Shown here: in pieces, positions 37,541-46,356 of the stretch | Layout of the letters: the number at the start of each line of letters is the position of its first letter | Position numbering within the stretch: position 1 is the first letter of the stretch | NCBI GenBank assembly: GCA_043798915.1 | Contig: JAZDOG010000090.1 | Location: forward strand, 1-64,000 | Reading direction: 5' to 3' | Length of the DNA stretch: 64,000 bases | Source: Pseudomonadota bacterium | Lineage (GTDB): Bacteria; UBA10199; 2-02-FULL-44-16; JAAZCA01 | The notes under the pieces: model-generated | Told to the model about the DNA's origin: nothing | Databases searched by the model: none | What the model saw: the letters and a program-made list of their open reading frames with translations, nothing else | Program-made: the position numbers and the translations under genes

Positions 37541-38708
37541 CGCAGTGATGGCTGACATGTTTCGCACAAAACTCGCAGCAGCCACTCTTGTCATATCGTC
37601 AATGCTATTTCTGCTGTTTTTCGTTCTATCAGCCAATGCTGCATCTGACGTCGAAGATGAATTTGTCAGGTTAACAACAGAACAGATCACATTGATTTGG
37701 GAACATACCTGCATGAAGCACATGGAAAAAGGAGAATGGCATCAAGCGCGCCAAAACAAGAAAGCCATCGATTGGCAGCGAGCAAATAAGAAGGGGATCG
37801 ATATCAGTGGAAAGGATATGCCTGCCGAGCTGCAATACTTCGAGGAAGCTCGCATAGCAAAGGCTAAGGCGGGGGAGAAATGGGGCTGCAATCCCCCAGA
37901 GGCGAAATTGGAGCTTAGGCTTCTCAAGATAGGGCGGGATCCGCAAATAGAATCTCCGATCACAACCGGTTTTGTTTCCAGCGATGCCGACGCAGTTGAG
38001 GTACGTGCAGCGGCGGAAATTGTTTCCGATTGCGATTCTCCACGCCTTATATGGTTTTTTTCGATTCCGAAATATGGCGCAAATAAATCGTACAGCGATG
38101 AGAAAACGATCAGCCACCGGCAATCGATTCCACCTGCGCCGGGTGGCGATAGAGGCAAGGATTTTAATGTCGAGGTTAAAGCGGAACTGTCCTGTAAAGG
38201 AATTTTGGCTGACAATCTGAATTGTGCCGTTGGACAGGATGAGAAGGATCAATTGCGTCAGGAATATATCGACATGAAAAAGGCAATGACGCCGGCGCGA
38301 GAGGATCTTACATCCGTCGGCAATTCAAAGCATTTCAGTTTTGATGATTTTAACCGCAGCATGAACGCTTCCGGAGAAAAGTATCCATACATCCTTTGCA
38401 GGATATTGGACAGGTTGGAAGCGGTCAAGGTGAGAGCTGGAGCTGCCCCGATGGCGATAAACAGCGGGTTCAGGAATCCATATAAAAATGGAAAGACGCC
38501 GGGCTCGGGGCGCGAAAGTATGCATATTTACGGACTTGCAGCGGATATCGCTCTGGATGATTTTAATGAGGATGGCAAGAGAGATGAAGATGACTGGAAG
38601 CTTATGGCCAGGGCTGCGAGGGCGGAAGGCGCCTGCGTTGAGCCGATAGCAATGGCGCCGTCATGGGTTCATATGGACTGGCGAGGGACTTGCCCCAATG
38701 GTTGGTAA
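37530..38708 (+). CDS. Exported protein with a C-terminal peptidase M15A (Zn D-Ala-D-Ala peptidase) domain
   Basis: Signal peptide ending SANA; INSGFR, SMHIYGLAADI (SxHxxGxAxD), WVHMD; EF-hand-like DFNEDGKRDEDD; start may be 37548 or 37557. Confidence 0.8.
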   Translation: MPHNAVMADMFRTKLAAATLVISSMLFLLFFVLSANAASDVEDEFVRLTTEQITLIWEHTCMKHMEKGEWHQARQNKKAIDWQRANKKGIDISGKDMPAELQYFEEARIAKAKAGEKWGCNPPEAKLELRLLKIGRDPQIESPITTGFVSSDADAVEVRAAAEIVSDCDSPRLIWFFSIPKYGANKSYSDEKTISHRQSIPPAPGGDRGKDFNVEVKAELSCKGILADNLNCAVGQDEKDQLRQEYIDMKKAMTPAREDLTSVGNSKHFSFDDFNRSMNASGEKYPYILCRILDRLEAVKVRAGAAPMAINSGFRNPYKNGKTPGSGRESMHIYGLAADIALDDFNEDGKRDEDDWKLMARAARAEGACVEPIAMAPSWVHMDWRGTCPNGW

Positions 38709-38720
38709 ATGGAGAGGCAA

Positions 38721-39527
38721 ATGAAAAAGAAATCTCTGCTCTTCTTTCTATCTCTTTTGCTTGTTTTAACGGCCACCGGATGTAAAGCCTCGGTTAACAA
38801 AGCAAAAGAGAGAGATGCCGGCAGACAATTGCTTTCTGAAGATTGGAAAGTACGCGAAAGCGGAATACATATTCTAGCAAACATCGAGGACAATAATTAC
38901 AAAATAAATAAGGATACGCAGGATGTCCTGATAAATCTCATAAAAAACGAGACTCAAACGTTTAATAATTTTCAGGGTGAACTGAGATCGACTGGAAAAT
39001 CAGATAATCAGATTTACCATGAAACATATAACAGATTTCCTCCGCAGACATACGGAGATTATATTAAAGCCCTTGTTTATTTCACCGCATCAAAAAATAT
39101 CGGGGAAAGCCTGCCGGCAATATTTCAGCTTATCGCAGACACGGATTATAATATAACCCCTGCAATTCTTACTATGTATGGAAAAACGCACCTGGATTTT
39201 TTTATCGAAAAGGCATCGGTTGGAGCAATTAAGGAACGGAAAATTGCGATGAGCGCCTTGGGCGTTTTGGCTGATCCATCAATTGAATCAGATGATTTTG
39301 ATATGAGTCTGACTCCGCAACTCAGCGGGCTGGAAAAGGAAAAAATAAGGTTGGTCCTCATGAAAGCCGCAAAAGATGCTGATGCAAATATCAGATCATT
39401 GTCTTTATTTGGCCTCAGGGCATTTATGGCAGAACCCGATGTAAGAAAACTAATAAGCGAAATTGCAATTTCTGATAAAGATGAGGGCGTTCGAGATGAC
39501 GCCCGGAGATTGTTGAATCGGAATTGA
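38721..39527 (+). CDS. HEAT-repeat lipoprotein (candidate immunity protein)
   Basis: Lipobox ATGC after MKKKSLLFFLSLLLVL; HEAT-like SEDWKVRESG, DADANIRSLS, DKDEGVRDDA; AT-rich. Confidence 0.7.
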   Translation: MKKKSLLFFLSLLLVLTATGCKASVNKAKERDAGRQLLSEDWKVRESGIHILANIEDNNYKINKDTQDVLINLIKNETQTFNNFQGELRSTGKSDNQIYHETYNRFPPQTYGDYIKALVYFTASKNIGESLPAIFQLIADTDYNITPAILTMYGKTHLDFFIEKASVGAIKERKIAMSALGVLADPSIESDDFDMSLTPQLSGLEKEKIRLVLMKAAKDADANIRSLSLFGLRAFMAEPDVRKLISEIAISDKDEGVRDDARRLLNRN

Positions 39528-39566
39528 GAATTCGGCAATTCTGGGGAGACATTTAGGGTTAAATGG

Positions 39567-39634
39567 TGGAAAAGTGGCGCTAGGGATGCATTGCGAACGG
39601 CGTCTGCGACCTTCCGAAAAAGCCACTTTTCCAA
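39567..39634. mobile_element. MITE-like element family B, short inverted copy
   Basis: TGGAAAAGTGGCGCTAGGGATGCA...AGCCACTTTTCCAA; reverse complement of the ends of 36938-37090. Confidence 0.6.
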
Positions 39635-39746
39635 TTTTACGCAGCTGCATCCTTTTGCTGCAGTCTGCACAGAAATGCAGCACCCCCATCAGACATTTCA
39701 CCACGTTGGTTCTTTTGATTTCAACAAGATAGGCGCGCGCAGCCGT

Positions 39747-39762
39747 TGGCATGCTTTGTGCT
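39747..39762 (+). promoter_or_regulatory. sigma54-like promoter for the Rhs gene
   Basis: TGGCATG-CTTT-GTGCT with GG(-24) and GC(-12) correctly spaced, 12 nt before ATG 39775. Confidence 0.6.
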
Positions 39763-39774
39763 TAGGCATGAAGC

Positions 39775-42700
39775 ATGAAAATAAAATGGCTGGCTGTGGC
39801 TGCTCTGATTTCCTTAAACATAATTTCTGCCGACACGTTCGCGTCCGATGGCGCCGGCGCGGCGCTCTCGCAGGCCTTCCAGATGGACGGCGTTGCTGGT
39901 TTTGTGGGGGGGCGCGCGCAGGAGGCGATCAAAACAGCTATCACACAGCATGGCGCGGACTGGCTCTGCGGCGCCTTCGCAAAGGCGTCAAACGCGCTCC
40001 GCCGCGGCGGGGCGCTCAATTCCCTCCAACAGGATCCGGAACTCAAGGCGGCGGTGCAGGCGGAGCTCAAAAATAAAATCAAGGAGTGGCTGCCGGGCGC
40101 GGTGAAGGATCTCGTCGTCGGCGACATCTTTGGCGGCGCAATAGGCAAGGAACATCTGGCTGAGGTGGATGCCATCTCTGGCCGCGTGATGAAGGAGATC
40201 GACACGAGCCTGAACGACAAGATCGACGAGGTGGCGGGCGGCATGTACGACAGGGCGGTCGGCGAACTCCAGAGGCTCTCGGCGGTCGGCAGCGTGCCCG
40301 CGTGGGTCGACGCCACGGATATCAAGAAGACGATCAGCCGCGCCTTTGACACCGGAACCATAGCCGGTGCGGTTGCCGGGCAGCTGGGGCAGGTTGTCGG
40401 CGATGCGACTGTCTCCGGCATCCGCGGGAGGATCTCTGACGCCCTGAGCGGTCAGCTCCCGCCGGAGGCGATCGCGGCGCTGGAAAAGGGGCCGGCAGAG
40501 TTCGACAAATATATTTCGAAGGCTGAAGGCTTTCTGCCCGGCAACAAACTCAAGGACCTCACGGATTCCATCCTCAACAAGCCGCTGATAAGACTTCCCA
40601 CTCCGGCATATGCGGCGATCCTCGGCGCCACGGCCGCTGGCCATTTTGCCAAGGCCTACAAGGGCACCGTCGTCGATCCCTATGAGCTCAAGCGCGGCAT
40701 CGAGGTGACGAACGTGATGGTCTGGCAGCTCGAGAACAAACAGTACATCGCGCTCACGTTGATGCAGCTCGGGAGCCTCGAGGGCGGGCTCGCGGCGAGC
40801 CTTGGGTTGGGGGCCTCGTTCGACGGCATTATGTCGAAGATCCGCGCGCCGCTCGAGAGGATCAAGAAGCTGGCCGACAATATCGACAAGCTGGTCATGA
40901 AGCCGGCCAAAGAAATATCCGCAGAGCTCAGGGGCGCTACCGATGAGATGAAGGCGGAGCTCGCGAAGCTCCAGGATGAGATCATGGGGCCGGTGAAGGA
41001 GAACCTGGCGAAGATCAAAGAGGGCCTGGGCGAGGCGGCCGATACGATCTCCGGCGCGATCCCCGATGAATTGAACGGCATTCCCGAATCGTTGGAGGAG
41101 TTAAAGCAGAGGGCAAGCGTCGATGGCGGGCTGCTCGGCAAGGCTGGCGACTGGAAGCCGGGCGACGCGCTTGAGGAGATCGCGAAGAGGGCGGGCCTGG
41201 GCGGTGCGGCGAAGAAGGTGAAAAAGGACCTCTCGGACTTAAACGATGCGGTCGCGGACAAGCTTTCGAAGGGGGCCTCCGGCGTGCTCGACGCGCTTCA
41301 CATCACAGGCCCGGCCGCAAAAATTATGGATACGGAGAAGATCCCGGCGAAGGATGTGTCGGAATCGAAAGAGCTCGATCCGGTGTTGCTACACAATGGG
41401 GAGTTTACGCAAGAGGTGACCGACCTCGTGATACCGGGGCGCGGGATCGATTTCCGCTTCACGCGCATCTATCGGAGCCGCTCGAAGTTCCTCGGGGAGT
41501 TCGGCTTCAACTGGACGCACTCGTATGCCGAGAGGCTCCTTCCGTGGAACGACGGCACCGCAGACGGGTTCACGCACATAGATGCGCAGGGGCGCAAGTT
41601 CTTCTTCCGTTCAGAAGGCGATGGCTTCATCTTGCCGCCGGGCATGGATGCGCGCCTCGTGCGCGCCGAGTCGGGAGGGTATGAGTTGCAATCGCGCGAC
41701 GGATCGGTCGCTGTCTTCGACGATCAGGGCAGGCTTGCCGAAAGGCGCGATCGCAACGGCAACTCCGTTAAACTCCTCTATAATGATACAGGGCTCGTCT
41801 CTTCGATCGTTGATTCATACGGCCGGGGCGTGAAGATAGAGAGGAGAAAAGACGGCCTCGTGAGCCGGATGACAGACTTCGCGGGCCGGACCTTCTCCTA
41901 CGAATATAACGATGCCCGGGAACTCATCGGCGTCACGGCGCCGGCCACCCCGGATTTTCCCAAGGGCAAGACCACGGCATACCGGTACGCGCGCGTCGCT
42001 CTAGAGGCCCCCGATGCGCACGCACTTACGATGATCATGGACCCGAATGGCCGCGTCTATCTGAGAAATCGATACGATGAGGAGGGGCGCGTCGTCGGCC
42101 AGAGCTACGGCGAAGGGCCTTGGATGGGAGTCGTCTATGCTGCCGGTTCAGGCAATGTGGCCTCTCGCGCGTGGGTGACTGATGCCAGGGGGATCATGCG
42201 CCTCTATGAGCACGACGCGGATGGGCACCTCCTGCGCCTGTGGCGCTATGGAGGCGCTGAATACCGCCTTCTGTCGTCGCACGCATATAATGATAGAGGT
42301 GAGAAGGTCGCCACGTGCACGCCCTCCGGGCGCTGCACGCACTTCGCATATGGCGAGGGCCCGTCCCGCGGCGATGTCGTCCGCGTGGAGGAGCATCCGT
42401 CGGGGGGCGGCGCTGCGCGCGTGATGAGGATCGAGCGGGAGGCGCGATACGGCCTGCCATCGTCGGTGATCGATCCAGCCGGCGGGGAGAGCAGGTTCGA
42501 ATACGACGAGCGCGGCAATATAGCGTCGGTTGCGCGCTGCGCGAAAGAGGGCGAGGGCTGCGCCGTCCATTCGAGGTTTCAGTACAACGGCTGCGGTCAG
42601 ATCGCGAGCAAAACGGACGGCCGCGGCGTTGCAACGCACTATGAATACTTCCAATCATCTGATCCAGACGGCGACGGCGTGCCGGTCAAGGGGGCCCCCG

Positions 42701-45700
42701 CCGCAGGTTCTGCGTGCGGTTATCCCAAACGCATCGTCGTCGATGCGGAGGGAGGGCCGGACAGGCATGCGGTCGGCGCGCCTCTGGCCAGGGCGACGTC
42801 TTTCTCCTACGACCCGATAGGCAATATCACCTCCGTCACTGGGCCGGACGGCGCGGCCTCGCGCTATCGCGTGAACGCCCTGAACCAGATCGCCCGCGAG
42901 GAGATCCCCGGCTTTGCGCCGCGTGAATATGGCTTCGATGCCAACGACAATATGGTGAAGGTGAAGATCCTGATGGATAAGAGGACCGTCGTCCATGAGT
43001 TTGCGTACGACGTCCTCGACAGGCCGGCTTCTGAGAAGTGGCAGGTATCAAAGGGGAGGTCGATCGAGACGCGATATGTCTACGACGCGGCCGGCCTCCT
43101 TGTGAAGGTTGCGCATCCCGAGGGAGGCGAGGAGGCCTACGAATACGATGATGATGGGAGGGTCCTCTGCGTTGTGCGCGGCGCAAACTCGCTCGAGCAG
43201 GCGCGCGAGTGCGTCGAACGGAATGTCGATGGCGATGTCGTGGCGCGGATCGACGGCGAGGGCGCCAGAACGACCCTCGAACTCAACGGCTTTGGCGAGG
43301 TGGCAGCTGAGATCGATCCGCTCGGTAACAGGGTTGAGTACGAGCGCGATACCGCAGGCAAGATCGTAGGCGAACGCCGGATGGATCCGGCTAAAAAAAT
43401 CCTGGCCGAGTCGCGGTTTGAATACGACGCGAGCGGCAATGTCATCAAATATGGCGGTAAGCTGTGGCGTGACGATCCGGGGAATGCGGTCTGGGTGGAC
43501 GAACTTAGCAAGTACGATCCGGCGGGGAATCTGGCCGCAGTGATCGACAGGTCCGGAGAACAGACGATGATCGACCGCGACGGCCTCGGCGAAATAGTCT
43601 CGGTGAGGCGGCCCTCGGGCAGATTGAGGAACTTCGTGCGTGACGCGGCGGGCCGCGTGGCGGAATCGTACATTCGGTCCGGCGACAGCAGGCTGGATGA
43701 GAAGAGGTTTTCGTACGACGCGGCCGGGCGGGTTGCCGGCGTGAACGCAGGCCGTGACGAGAACTGGGTCTACCGCTATGACGGGATGGGGAACCTCGCA
43801 TCGATCGTTGATCCATACGGCGTCGAGGCCGCATATGAGCTGGACGACCTCGGCAGACCTCTCGCGCTGGTCCGTGACTCAAAAGGTTTGAGGGCGACAA
43901 CGCGGTACGAATGGGATGGCGACGGCAGACTTGTATCCCTGACAGATCCCAACGGAGGCGCCACGCGGTTTTCATACAACGCCCAGGGCAGTCTCGTGGC
44001 GGAGCGCTATGCCGACGGGACCGAGCGCCGCACTGCCTACGACCGAGCCGGACGCGTTGTGGCCGTGGTCGACAGGAACGGCACCGTCCTCGACATCGAG
44101 CATGACGCCGCCGGCAGGTTGCTGTCGCGCCGCGCCTCGTCGCTGACGGGCGTCATCGGGACGCACGGGCAGAGCTTTGAATACGACGGTTTGGGAAGGA
44201 TCGTCGCGGCCGTCGACTTCAACGATGCCGATGACCCCGGCGATGACGTCGTCTCGCGCTTCGTCTACGATTCGCTCTCCCGCCCCGTCGCCGAGGCGCA
44301 GAACGACAGATGGATCCTGCGCGAGTTCAACGGGGCTGGACTGGCGGTGGCAACGGCGCTGCCCTCCGGCAGGAGGCTTTATCTGGCGCGAAATCCGGAA
44401 GGAAAAGTGGGTGCCGTGATGGACGGCGGCAGGGGCATAGCTTCTTTTGAATATGACGGCGCGGGAAATCTCGCTGGGGGCAGGTTTGGCGGCGGGATCC
44501 GCTTCATCGCCGAGCGCGACGCGCGGGGGTATCCGACCGAACTCAAGTACGAGAGCCCGGCAGGCAAGTGGCTCGCCGGCTCGAAGATCGAGTACGACGG
44601 AAAGGGGCGCGTCGCCGGCGAATCGACGTATGCCGGCATAACGAGACGTTATTCTCGCGATTCGCTGGCCAGGCTTACAGAGGTGAAGGAGAGCGACAGC
44701 TACTACTACGAGGGCGAAGGCGCTCCGCGCCGCAGGTCGTGGCGGTACGACTACGATGCCGCGGGCAATCTCAAGACTGCGCAGGAGGGGAGATATCTCC
44801 TCGAGTTCACCGCGAATCAGCTCAATGAATATACGGGCCTCGTCCACAGGTTCATGTCGAAGGATGGATCGCATGTGACCCGGGACGAAAAGGACCCGGC
44901 GGACAGCTTTGCCTACGACGCTGCGGGAAATCTCGCGACGGACAGCACGCGCCAGCTGGGGCCTCGCGAGTATCGGTACGACGCCTTCGGCCGCCTTTCC
45001 GCGATCTGGCGCGGTGCGGCCTTCCGCGCCACAAAGACGGGATACAAATATGATGCTTTCGACCGGCTCATCGCGAAGGAGGTCCAGGGCGAGAGAGATG
45101 ATTTCATCTGGGACGGGTGGCGTCTCGCCGAGGAGCGCCGTGGCGGAAAGCTCTTTGCCGACTACGTCCATGTCGACGGGATGGAGGCCCCCGTCGCGGC
45201 CATCGGGGATGGCTGGGAGAAATTTCTGTTCGCTGACCGCATAGGCTCCGTGGTCGCCGTGGCCGACGGGGAGGGGAGTCTCGCTGCGCGCTGCGACTAC
45301 AGCCCTGCGGGCCGGCCGATCTCCGTGATGCTCTCCGGAAGGCCCGGCGCTGCGGCAGATGAGGAGTTTGCGGATTGCGCCGAAAATTCGATACCGTTCG
45401 GCTTTGCCGGCCACCCCTACGACTACGGCCATGAGCTCTCCTACATGAGGCACCGGTTCTACAGCGCGAAGCTCGAGCGCTTCATCTCGCCGGATCCCCT
45501 TGGATACAAGGTGCCGCTTGATGCCGATGCAAGCGCTTCCATTGCGCCTGCTCTCTCGTATCATCGGGGGCAGGGCGCTGCGTCGCGCGCGACAATTCCA
45601 AATCGATCGCTGTCGATGGCGTCGGCTGGTTACGATGCCTATCCCTTCGGCCGGATATTTGCCCGGTCGCGGGCGCCGTTCGAAGGCGGCGAGACGAATC

Positions 45701-46299
45701 TCTACCAGTACGGCAGCTCCGATCCGACGACGTTTGTGGATCCCATGGGGCTCTCGAGCCTCGTCTTCGACAGATCGGACAACCGGATGACGCTCTACGA
45801 CGGCAAGGGGAGGGATATCACTAAATTCGACGCCTCGAACATCGCCGTGGATGGGCACGCGCCGTTTGCCAGTGGCACGTATCAGGTCGGCGTTCCGGAG
45901 TTCTACTCATATGATTATCGCGATGCGCTTTATAAACGCTTCGGGTTCGGCATTCCCGGCGGAGATGACGAGAGCAAGGTCACGGGGCCGTTATATGAAA
46001 TCACCGCGGGCGGGAAGAGGGTGAGAATTCAGGGTTGGGATGGAGATGATGTCGGCGGAAACTACAACATCTCCCAGGGAAGGATTCGCTTCCGGGCCGG
46101 GGCGAGCGGCATGGACGCCGCCAATCTGAATGCGTGGAACCGAGAGATCTTCATCCACGGCGGGCGCTCGGGCAATTACAAGTACCCGACCCACGGCTGC
46201 ATCAGGGGAGAGGACCTGCAGCTCGAAATCCTCGCCGCCGATTTCATAGAACTCCGCCGCGAAAATGATCCGGTGGGGACGCTGACGGTGAGGGAGTGA
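39775..46299 (+). CDS. Rhs/YD-repeat protein with signal peptide, helical N-domain, DUF6531-like region and L,D-transpeptidase-like C-terminal domain
   Basis: Signal MKIKWLAVAALISLNIISADTFA; DPVLLHNGEF...FTRIYRSR...FGFNWTHSY; many YD repeats; RFISPDPLG and NLYQYGSSDPTTFVDPMGL; tip IFIHGG...THGCIR. Confidence 0.88.
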   Translation: MKIKWLAVAALISLNIISADTFASDGAGAALSQAFQMDGVAGFVGGRAQEAIKTAITQHGADWLCGAFAKASNALRRGGALNSLQQDPELKAAVQAELKNKIKEWLPGAVKDLVVGDIFGGAIGKEHLAEVDAISGRVMKEIDTSLNDKIDEVAGGMYDRAVGELQRLSAVGSVPAWVDATDIKKTISRAFDTGTIAGAVAGQLGQVVGDATVSGIRGRISDALSGQLPPEAIAALEKGPAEFDKYISKAEGFLPGNKLKDLTDSILNKPLIRLPTPAYAAILGATAAGHFAKAYKGTVVDPYELKRGIEVTNVMVWQLENKQYIALTLMQLGSLEGGLAASLGLGASFDGIMSKIRAPLERIKKLADNIDKLVMKPAKEISAELRGATDEMKAELAKLQDEIMGPVKENLAKIKEGLGEAADTISGAIPDELNGIPESLEELKQRASVDGGLLGKAGDWKPGDALEEIAKRAGLGGAAKKVKKDLSDLNDAVADKLSKGASGVLDALHITGPAAKIMDTEKIPAKDVSESKELDPVLLHNGEFTQEVTDLVIPGRGIDFRFTRIYRSRSKFLGEFGFNWTHSYAERLLPWNDGTADGFTHIDAQGRKFFFRSEGDGFILPPGMDARLVRAESGGYELQSRDGSVAVFDDQGRLAERRDRNGNSVKLLYNDTGLVSSIVDSYGRGVKIERRKDGLVSRMTDFAGRTFSYEYNDARELIGVTAPATPDFPKGKTTAYRYARVALEAPDAHALTMIMDPNGRVYLRNRYDEEGRVVGQSYGEGPWMGVVYAAGSGNVASRAWVTDARGIMRLYEHDADGHLLRLWRYGGAEYRLLSSHAYNDRGEKVATCTPSGRCTHFAYGEGPSRGDVVRVEEHPSGGGAARVMRIEREARYGLPSSVIDPAGGESRFEYDERGNIASVARCAKEGEGCAVHSRFQYNGCGQIASKTDGRGVATHYEYFQSSDPDGDGVPVKGAPAAGSACGYPKRIVVDAEGGPDRHAVGAPLARATSFSYDPIGNITSVTGPDGAASRYRVNALNQIAREEIPGFAPREYGFDANDNMVKVKILMDKRTVVHEFAYDVLDRPASEKWQVSKGRSIETRYVYDAAGLLVKVAHPEGGEEAYEYDDDGRVLCVVRGANSLEQARECVERNVDGDVVARIDGEGARTTLELNGFGEVAAEIDPLGNRVEYERDTAGKIVGERRMDPAKKILAESRFEYDASGNVIKYGGKLWRDDPGNAVWVDELSKYDPAGNLAAVIDRSGEQTMIDRDGLGEIVSVRRPSGRLRNFVRDAAGRVAESYIRSGDSRLDEKRFSYDAAGRVAGVNAGRDENWVYRYDGMGNLASIVDPYGVEAAYELDDLGRPLALVRDSKGLRATTRYEWDGDGRLVSLTDPNGGATRFSYNAQGSLVAERYADGTERRTAYDRAGRVVAVVDRNGTVLDIEHDAAGRLLSRRASSLTGVIGTHGQSFEYDGLGRIVAAVDFNDADDPGDDVVSRFVYDSLSRPVAEAQNDRWILREFNGAGLAVATALPSGRRLYLARNPEGKVGAVMDGGRGIASFEYDGAGNLAGGRFGGGIRFIAERDARGYPTELKYESPAGKWLAGSKIEYDGKGRVAGESTYAGITRRYSRDSLARLTEVKESDSYYYEGEGAPRRRSWRYDYDAAGNLKTAQEGRYLLEFTANQLNEYTGLVHRFMSKDGSHVTRDEKDPADSFAYDAAGNLATDSTRQLGPREYRYDAFGRLSAIWRGAAFRATKTGYKYDAFDRLIAKEVQGERDDFIWDGWRLAEERRGGKLFADYVHVDGMEAPVAAIGDGWEKFLFADRIGSVVAVADGEGSLAARCDYSPAGRPISVMLSGRPGAAADEEFADCAENSIPFGFAGHPYDYGHELSYMRHRFYSAKLERFISPDPLGYKVPLDADASASIAPALSYHRGQGAASRATIPNRSLSMASAGYDAYPFGRIFARSRAPFEGGETNLYQYGSSDPTTFVDPMGLSSLVFDRSDNRMTLYDGKGRDITKFDASNIAVDGHAPFASGTYQVGVPEFYSYDYRDALYKRFGFGIPGGDDESKVTGPLYEITAGGKRVRIQGWDGDDVGGNYNISQGRIRFRAGASGMDAANLNAWNREIFIHGGRSGNYKYPTHGCIRGEDLQLEILAADFIELRRENDPVGTLTVRE

Positions 46300-46311
46300 T
46301 CAGACGCATGC

Positions 46312-46356
46312 GCCTCTTTTCCCTCTCCCCTCGTGGGAGAGGGTCAGGGTGAGGGG
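46312..46356. repeat. Palindromic repeat family C, half copy supplying the dedA stop codon
   Basis: GCCTCTTTTCCCTCTCCCCTCGTGGGAGAGGGTCAGGGTGAGGGG; dedA TGA lies at 46346-46344. Confidence 0.75.

Noticed and set aside
43972..45858. Long antisense ORFs (also 762-2117, 50213-51829, 62496-63989 and others)
   Set aside because: Shadow frames of GC-rich genes on the opposite strand, with no motifs or RBS
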